Source: Octopus sinensis (Eukaryota). From it: a stretch of DNA of 15,044 nt. The notes under the pieces are model-generated. The model saw nothing but the letters and a program-made list of their open reading frames with translations. It was not told where the DNA came from and did not search any database. Position 1 is the stretch's first letter, and every line of letters begins with the position of its first letter. The position numbers and the translations under genes are program-made. The DNA lies in assembly GCF_006345805.1 (NCBI RefSeq), contig NW_021825398.1:1-15044 (forward strand), read 5' to 3'. Shown in pieces: positions 1 to 10,080 of the stretch.

Positions 1-1660
1 TGGGCATCTGTATATGATAGCTACTGATGCGTTGCTTATGTATCCTAATCCGGTATATTAATGTTGATTCTGTTTGTCCGATATAATTCTCATTGACTTT
101 TTAGGTGCGTGATGCATCAAATGAGATTTTTATTTTGCAATTCATATTTACCTTAAACTTCATTTTTTTCCCACTCTTAAATGTTTTGGTTGTCCCCTGA
201 TCACTTATTTCACAAGTTCCACAATGAATATCGGCACATTTTGTTACCTGCATTTCTTGTAGTAAAAAATTCTCTTTTGCTAGGACTCTTTAATATTCAG
301 TGTTAGACGAGAGATTGTAATTTAACATTTGACCGATTATAATATGTTTTTGTTTTTATTCTTCATCCTAATTGTGAGGGTTTCTCTTTCTGTAAGAGAT
401 TGAGTTCTCTTTCGCCTTGATTATGACATGATTTACCAGGCTTTGTAAGTATTTTTGTTTCTGAGGTATCGTACTTAGTTGTACCAGACGTTTCTTTCGC
501 TTATTTGTGTCCGTATATGTAGAAAACATGTTTTGCTGTAGTAAATGGAATGTTCCTTTTAATAAAGCATATGAAGCAAGAGCTAAAATATAAATATCTG
601 CGTATGGCCGTGCCCTTACAATAGAGAACGGTTGTAACAATCTTCTTTTCCTTCATTTTTAGCATGTCTCTATAGGGAGTTCTTTCATTTATTTCCTGAG
701 TGAACTGGAAAGATTCATGAATGCTCTTACATTAATTCAAAGACCTTGTAAAGTTTTCCCTACTTCTCTTCCAAGATATGAAGCAGTCACCCAAGAATCT
801 TTTCCAGTTTCCTTTCAATAGGTTTGGAAATTCTAATCAAATGTATTCTCAGAGGAAATATTAACGATTTTCTAAAAGGATTTCCATCACTAGTATTGCT
901 ATGTGGTAGCAACGTTCGTGCCCAGGTGCCTTCTTTTTTATTTGAGGATATTCTTGGTTATCAGTGAAGAAATAGTTGCTCCATAGCACAAATCATAAGT
1001 TTTATAGTATAACTTTATTTGGGAATCTCTTCTAAAATTTCTGTGGCTATTTATCCATCCAGATTCTAGTGATTCTAAATCTAATACACGGAAAATATTT
1101 TTATAGAGACTGGTCACTAATCAGGCTTATTTTAATATTCATTCTTTCTGAAATACGATTTAGAAAGGGCGTGTTAGGAGATCAGAAATTATGCACAATT
1201 ATTTGAAAATTATTCGAAGAAAAGTACTTAATCGCTGTCTGATGGATGCGTATGCTGCATCAACTGGCCCAAATTCTAAATTAGGTGGTTTAAAATGTTT
1301 TACATATAGTGAATGGAGGCCCTTTAAGCTGTTATGGATTGCTTTATATTTATACTTTCAGTACTCCCAAAAAGTTATGTTTTTATCTCAAAATTTATAA
1401 GGTAATCCGATACCATTATTCGTACCTTAATTTTAATTTTCCGTTGATCTACCGAATTGGTTTATTGTTTGTTTCTCTGCATTGGATTCTAAATCTAAAT
1501 GTTTATCATTTAGTTGTGCTAATATTATATCCTATAATTGATCTTGTAAATTACAATAGCACTTCCTTCGTCACCTGTTATAACGACTACGGAGAATTGT
1601 CGGGTGGTTTCCCACTGCCTTTTGCTCTTCATTTGTAATGTTTTCTGTTATAAGATTTGC
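1..1660 (-). mobile_element. Decayed Penelope-like retroelement (PLE) ORF remnant: RT plus GIY-YIG endonuclease, running off the left edge
   Basis: Hand translation of the minus strand across frameshifts gives PLE motifs in the expected order: ENITNEEQKAV..VVITGDEGSAIVI (ADKG-like, ~1650-1550), KPPNLEFGPV..RLSTFL, VTSLYKNI, NYFF..GT.GTNVA, NWKRFLGDCF (800-780; the YxDD box with the first D changed to G), FQFTQE, IKRNIPF, KCADIHCGTC, KNLI*CIT and NENYIGQT (YIGQT at 85-71). Many stops and frameshifts make it non-functional. Motif recognition is from family knowledge; no search was run. Confidence 0.85.
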
Positions 1661-1694
1661 TAGTTATGTATTATTGAAAGGGCTCATCCATGTA

Positions 1695-2120
1695 CAGTTG
1701 AAGTTAAAATACCGTTTGCTTTTTAAAATCAATGGAACTTCGTCAGTATTTTTAAAAAGAACTCCATTACAATCGAAAGAAATCGAATATTAATAAAACA
1801 TGAATTGCAAAACATCAATCACATTCAGAGCATCACATGCGCACAATAAAAGGAGAGAATATATAGGCCAAACAGGATCAAAATTAACGTATCAGATTCG
1901 GGTACATAGAAAATGCATCAAAGATTCTCACTTATAAATGTTCCATATTCTCAATATATAGATATTTGTGCAAATGTTAAATCCAAAATATTCCTTTCCT
2001 ATCGCACAATAATTGAAAAATTCATCAAAGGCAAAAGGAGAAGGAAGGAAATATTATTGAGTCCTAAATCGTTCTTTATGCATATTACCATCATCAAACG
2101 TGTGTCTGAAAAGCTGTAAA
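1695..2120 (+). mobile_element. Second decayed PLE fragment (GIY-YIG endonuclease/C-terminus), inverted relative to the first
   Basis: The plus strand reads NMNCK...EYIGQTGSKLTYQIRVHRKCIKD (YIGQTG at 1860-1877), then after a frameshift VPYSQYIDICAN...RRRKE (track ORF 1913-2119). 1855-1908 matches the reverse complement of 37-91 at 44/55 positions by hand count. Both ends are approximate. Confidence 0.8.
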
Positions 2121-2176
2121 AGCTCAACGATCATAAACATTAACAACGGAGGGTTTTACGTATATAAAGATTCAAA

Positions 2177-2213
2177 TATGTATATATTTTACATATATAA
2201 CGATTCATATATA

Positions 2214-2255
<42 letters not shown>

Positions 2256-3125
2256 CATAACTTTGTATCTTGCATATATATATGATGCAAATATATGTGG
2301 TACATAAATATATCTGTATATATATGCATGTATATATTTATATGCATACATATATATGCATATATATATATATATACATACTTATATCTATATATTTATA
2401 TATATGTATATATGTATAAATATATATATATGTATATATTCATATACATGTGTATATGTATATATTATATATATATATGTATATATTCATATACATGTGT
2501 ATATGTATATATTTATATATATATGTATATATTCATATACGTGTATACATGCATATATTCATATACATGCATATATGTATATATTTATATACATGTATAC
2601 ATTTTTATATACATGTATATGTGTATATATTTGTATACATTTTTATATACATGTTTATATGTGTATATTTTTATATACAAGTATGTGTATAATTTTATAT
2701 ACATATATATAAGTATATATTTTATATACAAGTATATATGTGTATATTTTTATATATACATGTATATATTTATTTTATATACAAGTATATATGTGTATAT
2801 TTTTATATATACATGTATATATTTATTTATATTCATGTATATATTCATATATATATATTGATATATATACATGTATATATGTGTACATTTATATACATAC
2901 ATGTACATATATATAAATGTATATGTGCATATATACATGTGTGTATAAATATACATATACATCTATATATATATATTCATGTGTATATATATATATACAT
3001 GTATATATATATATATACATGTATATATATATATGTATATAGATATACATATTTGTATTTTTATATGCATATATAATTGCATATCTATGTATATACATGC
3101 ATATATACATAATATATATATATAT
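2177..3125. repeat. Complex TA-rich micro/minisatellite (TATATA/TACATG/TATGTG units)
   Basis: Continuous low-complexity tract with recurring sub-units such as tatattcatatacatg and tatatttttatatacaagtat. Confidence 0.95.
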
Positions 3126-3274
3126 GTTTGTATGTTTATTTTTATATAGCAGGTATTTTTATGTACGTAGGCAACTTGATAATGAGAGAGAGGAGGAGGA
3201 TACACATAGACATATGAATCTATTACAGAATTCTTGCATGTTGTTGATTCGATCACCTTTTAAAGTGAGTGCAA

Positions 3275-3500
3275 TTTATATGTGTATGTGCACACACACG
3301 TATAATTATATATATACATATATATTACATATATATGAGTTTGCGCATGTGTATACTTATATGTATACATATATAAATATACATGGTACCTAGATGTTTG
3401 TATGTATATATACATACATACACTTATATATACATACGTGCATACATATATATGTATTTGTATGCTTGTGTGTATGTAAGTATGTATATATATATACATA
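3275..3500. repeat. TA/TACA/TATG compound microsatellite
   Basis: Low-complexity runs of tata, taca and tatg. Confidence 0.9.
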
Positions 3501-3880
3501 GTTATTCTGCGCGTTAGCCGTGACTGATAATTTCCCGCCGATTTTGAATTCGAATTCCATTCTAAATTGTCGTCACGTTACTTTATACTGATAATGGTTA
3601 CGAGAAACGTATAAATTAATATCTCCGTTCTGAGCACAGCTAAAGTTGAAATTTATCAAAACACACAATATATATAACTTCACAGAATTATAACTTCATA
3701 GAATTATCACGTACAAAGGAATAAAGTAAAGACTTGTTTCTAGTGATCAAATGTTTTACTGGTGCACCTTAGATCACTCTCTTCATCAATTATTTCGGAG
3801 TGATCGCAGCGCAACGTGAGACGAACACAACTCACACACTGGACGGCCACCGCGATCGCGGGATCATGATTTCCATTGAG

Positions 3881-3882
<2 letters not shown>

Positions 3883-3918
<36 letters not shown>
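3883..3918. repeat. (TA)18 microsatellite
   Basis: Perfect 36-nt TA run interrupting an otherwise unique island. Confidence 0.97.
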
Positions 3919-3922
<4 letters not shown>

Positions 3923-4056
3923 TGAGGTTTTTAGAACGCCTACACTGCTGGAAATAAGAGCTGAACGGCTATGTTGCCTCTGTCGACGAGCATATGTTGT
4001 ATACATACATACTGGCAGGGAACGTAAATGGCCGGAAAATGGCGATAATATTATCC

Positions 4057-4101
4057 CTCTACCGTACGGTTTCAGGTTTATACCGAAAGCATCATCAGAA
4101 G
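4057..4101 (-). ncRNA. Degenerate type I minimal hammerhead ribozyme motif (Penelope-type, palindromic helix III)
   Basis: Minus strand: ctt-CTGATGA(4098-4092)-tgcttt cggtat aaacct-GAAA(4073-4070)-ccgtacgg-TA(4061-4060)-gag. All core nucleotides are present, helix III is the perfect 10-nt palindrome ACCGTACGGT (4061-4070) and the cleavage triplet is GUA. Helix II has 4 of 6 pairs intact; helix I has only 3 bp, including a G-U. Confidence 0.55.
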
Positions 4102-4139
4102 TCTTGAAACAAATGTATGTGCGCTGACAGTAGAAGCAT

Positions 4140-5014
4140 GGAATTATATATATATTATTTAATATACATGTAGTATATAATATCATATATACATAATATA
4201 CAATAAATTATATATGTATACAATATATATATAATATATATAGTGTATATCCTGTAGAATATATATCATATACAATATATATATAATATATATAGTGTAT
4301 ATCATGTAGAATATATATCATATACAATATATATATAATATATATAGTGTATATCATGTAGAATATATATCATATACAATATATATATAATATATATAGT
4401 GTATATCATGTAGAATATATATCATATACAATATATATAATGTATATCATATATACAATGTATATCATATATATATAATATATATATATCATATACAATA
4501 TATATTAATATATATATACAATATATATATAATATGTATCATATAATATATATATGATATATATATATATATAGCATATATAATATATATGTATATATGA
4601 TATATATCATATATAATATATATATATGATATATATGATATATATCATATATATAATATATATGATTATATGATATATATCATATAATAATATATATATT
4701 TATAAGATTTATATCATATATAATATATATATTTAATATAAGATTTATATCATATAATATATTATATATATATATATCATATATATATATATAGATATTA
4801 TATTATATCATATATATATATAATATATACATATATATTATAATATATATCATAATATAGTAATATATAATATATATTATATATATCTACTAAATATATC
4901 ATATATATATATCTATATATATCTATATATATATATATATAGTAAAAATATATATAATATATATCATATATAATATATATATTATAGATAATAGATAAAA
5001 TATATATAATATAT

Positions 5015-5052
<38 letters not shown>

Positions 5053-5622
5053 TATATATATATATATATAATATATATATAATATATATATAATAAAATA
5101 TATATATAGTATATATAAAATATATATATATATATAAAAAATATATATATATATATATAAAATATATTATATTATATATAAAATATATATATATATATAT
5201 AAAATATATATAATATATCATATATAATATAATATATATAAATATATAATATATATCATATATAATATATATCATATATAATATATATAATATAACTTAT
5301 ATAATATATATCATATATAATATATATATATAATAATATCATATAATATATATATATATAATATATATCATATATAATATCTATATCTAATTATATCATA
5401 ATATACATATCTATATATATAATATATATCATATATAATCATATCATGTATATAATATACATGTATATAATATATCATCATATAAATATTAATATATCAT
5501 ATATAAATATAATATAATATCATATATAAATATAATATATATATAATATATATTATATATTATAATATATATATATATATATATACATATATAATATATA
5601 TATATCATATATAATATATATC

Positions 5623-5655
<33 letters not shown>

Positions 5656-6185
5656 CATATATATCATATATAATATATATCATATATATAATATATCATA
5701 TATATAATATATATCATATATATAATATATCATATATATAATATATATCAGATATATAATATATATCTATATATAATATATATCCTATATATAATATATA
5801 TCATATATATAATATATATCATATAATAATATATATCATATATATATATATATCATATATATAATATATATATAATATATAATATATATCATATATAATA
5901 TATATATAATATATAATCTATATCATATATATAATATATATATAATTATAATATATAAAATATATAATATATATAAAATATATTATATAATATATATAAA
6001 TATATAATATATAATATAAATATAATATATAATATAATATATAATATATATAATATATATATATATAATATATATATAATATATATAAATATATATAAAA
6101 TATATTAATATATAATATATATATAAATATAATATATATATATACGATATATATATGATATAATAAAAATATGTATATAGGATAT
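4140..6185. repeat. ~2-kb nearly pure A/T compound microsatellite, (TA)n with atatc-type interruptions
   Basis: Almost exclusively A/T with sparse C and very rare G; recurrent tcatatatataatatata-like units around 5590-5900. Confidence 0.97.
4217..4438. repeat. 52-bp minisatellite, 4 full copies plus a partial copy
   Basis: Unit tatacaatatatatataatatatatagtgtatatcatgtagaatatatatca starts at 4217, 4269, 4321, 4373 and (partially) 4425. Copy 1 has cctgtag instead of catgtag. Confidence 0.93.
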
Positions 6186-6329
6186 AATAGTGAGAAGTTC
6201 GAAAAAAAAATGACGAAGAGTGTGTTAGTTTACGCTCGGAAAGTGGAAAAGTCTTTTATGGTTGGAGCTTACGCTCTTCGACAGAAAGCATCACAGAAAT
6301 AAACAGGGGGAGAAAACAAAAGATGGCTA

Positions 6330-6525
6330 TAATACTATATATATATATATGTATATATATATATACTTATTTTACATAGATATACATGATATAATACTAT
6401 GTATGCGTTATATATGTAATATGATATATACATATATGATATAATATATATATACCTAATATAACACTGTATAATATATATATATAACATAGTATAATAT
6501 ATATATTCAATATAACATAGTATAA
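6330..6525. repeat. TA-rich low-complexity tract
   Basis: Degenerate tata runs, with tataacatagtataat present twice. Confidence 0.8.
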
Positions 6526-7394
6526 TAAGGAAAATGGAGATCGGATTGTTTAAGATTGTTTATTATTAACAGCAAATTAATCATGTGTACCGCTCGAACT
6601 GCAACTTCGCATTCGTAAGTCACCCGTCCAGTGCGTGGGGTTAGAATATTGCAAGAAAGATTTGCACAACGGATTCTGCAAGCCAAGTTAACAGGAAGTC
6701 CTGGTCGAATATCGTTTGAAAATATTCTGTTTCATTTGTTCACTCTTGCGAATCCAGCGTCGAAGTCTAATACGGTTATTGGTAATGAACCATTGGTGCA
6801 TGGCTCTATCACCGCGACCGTCTCAGGAGTAGAGGAGGGTGGTACAGATGAACGAATAAAATCTGAACAAATGAATAAATGACTCGATGTTTGATTTTTA
6901 ACGAACCTGGAATACTTTGTTGATTAATTAGCTAATTGTTAAACTTGGGGGAAGGTGAAAATTAAGGTTGTACGTTTCTATCCTTCGTAAGATCGTTAAG
7001 AAGCATTTAATTACGTAATCCCATTGCTTTCTATTCGTCATTGAAATCATCAGTTTTGTTATGGTGTTTCATGTCAGTCGTCTCAAACATATATCATCCA
7101 TCGACTTGAAGCTACTTATGTATGGAGCAAAGAAAGGGGTGACCTAATTAGGCAACGGGGAATTTAAACTAAGAAACGAGAAATAACTCATTAAATAATA
7201 TCATTGCAATCTCGAACTCCTTTCGACAGCATTAAATATACTCTCATGTCACAGAACTTACGGATTGTTAGAGAAATTACAGTTGTGATGATATTTACTT
7301 TTCAAAGAGCTTTAATGATATAAGATTGATTAGTTAAAGACGACAATTAAAATTACGTTAGAATTACGACTCGTTGGGAACGTATCGTTGTAAG

Positions 7395-7811
7395 ATGTGT
7401 ATATATATGTATATACATACACATGTACATGCATATATATATATATACATACATGTATATATATATATAAACATACATGTATATATATATATAAACATAC
7501 ATGTATATATATATATAAACATGTATATATACATACATGTATATATATTCATATACAAACATATACATACACACAGATACATATATATATATATACACAC
7601 ATATATACATGTATATATACATATATACATGAATATACACATATATACATGTATATATACACATATATATACACACATATATACATGTGTATATACCACA
7701 CTATATACATGTGTATATATATATATATATATAATATTATATATAGGTGAAAGACATCTGTTTCATGTGATTGAAAAATATTTATCTACATACAACACAC
7801 CACATATATAT

Positions 7812-7845
<34 letters not shown>

Positions 7846-8155
7846 ATATATATATATATATATACATACTGTATTATATATATATAAACATACATGTATA
7901 TATATATATAAACATACATGTATATATATATATAAACATACATGTATATATATATAAACATGTATATATACATACATGTATATATATTCATATACAAACA
8001 TATACATACACACAGATACATATATATATATATACACACATATATACATGTATATATACACATATATACATGTATATATACACATATATACATGTATATA
8101 TACACATATATATACACACATATATACATGTGTATATACACACATATTACATGTG

Positions 8156-8189
<34 letters not shown>

Positions 8190-8267
8190 GGTGAAAGACA
8201 TCTGTTTCATGTGATTGAAAAATATTTATCTACATACACACACACACTATATATATATATATATATA

Positions 8268-8306
<39 letters not shown>

Positions 8307-8335
8307 TATACATGCATGCATACATACATACAGTG
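7395..8335. repeat. TA/CA compound satellite containing a ~444-bp-period tandem duplication
   Basis: The 49-bp unique core ggtgaaagacatctgtttcatgtgattgaaaaatatttatctacataca is identical at 7746-7794 and 8190-8238. The preceding satellite sub-blocks recur in the same order (~7447-7800 vs ~7888-8245). Confidence 0.92.
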
Positions 8336-8820
8336 TGTGTGAGTATGGTAATTTATAATTGAATATGAACTCCTTATTTTACAAATGAGACAAATAAATT
8401 TTAGGTTGTTTTTTCATTTAGTGTTTAATTGAAAATGATAATACACATTCACACAGTAAAATAAATATCACCTGAATTTCATTTCAGCCAATCTTTTAAA
8501 TAGATTCGTAAGGATCTCTTTCCTTTAGGATATGGATTCCATCAGTGATGATAAGTGACACTTGCGACATATCTGTAAAGTTTAACATATCCCATATTAA
8601 ACCCCATTTCATTTCTGACCTATTCATGATATATATATATATTTCTTTTTATCAGAAAATGTCTTTTTATATTTTCTCTTCTGCAATGGAAGCGGTTAGA
8701 ATTGGGGTGCAATAGATACTTTCTTTTCAGAAGAACGGGAAAAAAGGTGATAAAAAATAGAATATATATTACAAGAGAAAAAATATGTTTGGAAATAGGA
8801 AAATGAAGCAGCGATAGACA

Positions 8821-10080
8821 TTACACAGATGCTGTTACTTGATATGTCGCAGGAGTTCCTATTTCAACTGGTAACGACTTGTGAAGATATCGATCTTTTG
8901 GAATCGACTGTTCACCCGGGTAATCCGACTGCTGGTAAACAGCAATCTCATGATCATCGTCAGCCCGCGTGGTGGCTCTTAGAGAACGTAACCGTTTTCT
9001 GAAATTTGATGCGCAGATACAACATGACAAAATACTGAAAAATTCTCGGCGAAAATTTTCATTCAACCAGCCGTATAATACCGGGTTCGTACAAGCGGAG
9101 CTGAGCACAAGCAAATGACATATTCCAAACGTCAAATTGACGTCAATGTTTTTGTGTATAAATGCTGATCCTTTAAAATCAATAAGAATGTTGAATACAT
9201 TTAGAGGTAACCAACTCAAGGCAAACACAACGGCTATAGTTGTTAGTAAAATTTTAGTTTTTCTTTTTCGTTTAGCTTTACGCTCCTGAGATTTATAACC
9301 ACACGAATTGTGTAGAGCTGGAGTCATCTGACTTCGATTAACAATTCGGTAATTTAGCTTGCTGAAAATCTTTGTGTGTGCTAAAATTACTATAATGCCT
9401 GGGCCGAGATACTGAAATATCAGTGAAGCCACAGAATATGCACCCTTTTCAAGTCTTAATCTCACATCTTCAATGCAATGATAAAGGTATATATCTACTT
9501 GTTCTATTGGTTGAGAAGATTTGTGAATAGTGAACACTAACAGCGGGCTGGCTAACAAAAATGACACCACCCATATCGCAACAAGTGCAACTGTAACTCT
9601 TAAGCGCCACCTTACACCAGAAATTGTCGGATGTACAATTACCTGGAAACGATACAGAGCAATGGCCATAATGCTGCTGGTGGACACAAATATATTAATT
9701 CCCTGGAATAAAGAACCAAATTTACACATGAAAGCACCAAGCTTCCACTGGTTATTCAAAGTACGGTATAAATTCAAGGACTGTGTAAATAAACATAGAC
9801 TTAAATCTGATATTGCCAGATTAAAGATGAACATGTTACGGGCTGTTCGCATCCCTGGGCTACGCATCACAATGTAGCAAACCAAGGAATTGCCAACTGA
9901 GCCAAAACATATTAGAACAGAATAGGAAAAAATGAAGAACATTTCAGCTGTGGGAGTAAACCATTTTGATTCTGCTTCTTGCTGTAGAATTGTCTTGGCA
10001 TCGTTGATGCTGAAGTGAAATGGAACTTTCATAGTCTGATTGAATATCCTTTCAGTGGTAATAGTTGCCGATGACGTCAT
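8821..10080 (-). CDS. NPFR: Neuropeptide F / neuropeptide Y receptor-like class A (rhodopsin-family) GPCR, 419 aa, CDS in a single exon
   Basis: Seven hydrophobic segments carry class A motifs: TM1 GN, MRTARN..NLAISD (TM2), WKLG.FMCK (C3.25), IALYRFQVIVHP (DRY position), TM4 W, ECL2 CIED, TM5 FQY..P, TM6 FALSWLPLN, and TM7 HLLVLSSACTNPVLYGWLNENFRREF. There is an N-terminal N-Q-T glycosylation sequon and a Cys cluster after helix 8. MRTARN, QVIV.P and SSAC.NP.LYGWLN.NFR.EF are typical of invertebrate NPF/NPY receptors. The track start at 10137 is a GTG; the first in-frame ATG is 10080. GPCR identity is near certain; the NPF subfamily call is less so (~0.75). Confidence 0.92.
   Translation of the reverse strand: MTSSATITTERIFNQTMKVPFHFSINDAKTILQQEAESKWFTPTAEMFFIFSYSVLICFGSVGNSLVCYIVMRSPGMRTARNMFIFNLAISDLSLCLFTQSLNLYRTLNNQWKLGAFMCKFGSLFQGINIFVSTSSIMAIALYRFQVIVHPTISGVRWRLRVTVALVAIWVVSFLLASPLLVFTIHKSSQPIEQVDIYLYHCIEDVRLRLEKGAYSVASLIFQYLGPGIIVILAHTKIFSKLNYRIVNRSQMTPALHNSCGYKSQERKAKRKRKTKILLTTIAVVFALSWLPLNVFNILIDFKGSAFIHKNIDVNLTFGICHLLVLSSACTNPVLYGWLNENFRREFFSILSCCICASNFRKRLRSLRATTRADDDHEIAVYQQSDYPGEQSIPKDRYLHKSLPVEIGTPATYQVTASV

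Noticed and set aside
1740-1746. CTGACGA on the minus strand as a hammerhead core
   Set aside because: No GAAA or helix II follows; it lies inside the plus-strand PLE coding remnant.
368-2119. Track ORFs 368-640, 1191-1400, 1309-1638 and 1913-2119 as standalone genes
   Set aside because: They are frameshifted pieces or antisense shadows of the decayed Penelope-like fragments.
2295-3499. Many long Y/I/M/C/H-rich ORFs on both strands
   Set aside because: They are translations of TA/TACA microsatellite, which lacks stop codons in several frames; not proteins.
3546-3557. 12-bp palindrome GAATTCGAATTC
   Set aside because: An isolated palindrome; its context resembles a decayed SINE B-box region, too weak to call.
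3588-3611. CTGATAA...GAAACGTA hammerhead-like pattern on the + strand
   Set aside because: The essential G8 is absent and helices I and II do not pair convincingly; likely chance in AT-rich DNA.
4217-4438. Regularly spaced repeats as a CRISPR array
   Set aside because: The units are contiguous with no unique spacers, there are no cas genes, and the context is eukaryotic.
4798-5275. Two minus-strand I/Y-rich ORFs
   Set aside because: (TA)n artefacts.
7020-7053. Minus-strand CTGATGA...GAAA
   Set aside because: Helix II needs a bulge, there is no adjacent helix III or cleavage triplet, and helix I is absent.
7353-8270. Cluster of overlapping ORFs on both strands
   Set aside because: Satellite translations within the tandem duplication.
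8424-8429. ATTAAA on the minus strand as the GPCR polyadenylation signal
   Set aside because: Plausible position (~390 nt after the stop), but the hexamer is common in AT-rich DNA and cannot be supported without 3'-end data.
9530-9877. 115-aa plus-strand ORF antisense to the GPCR
   Set aside because: A shadow frame of a real CDS, with a non-ATG start and no recognisable motif.
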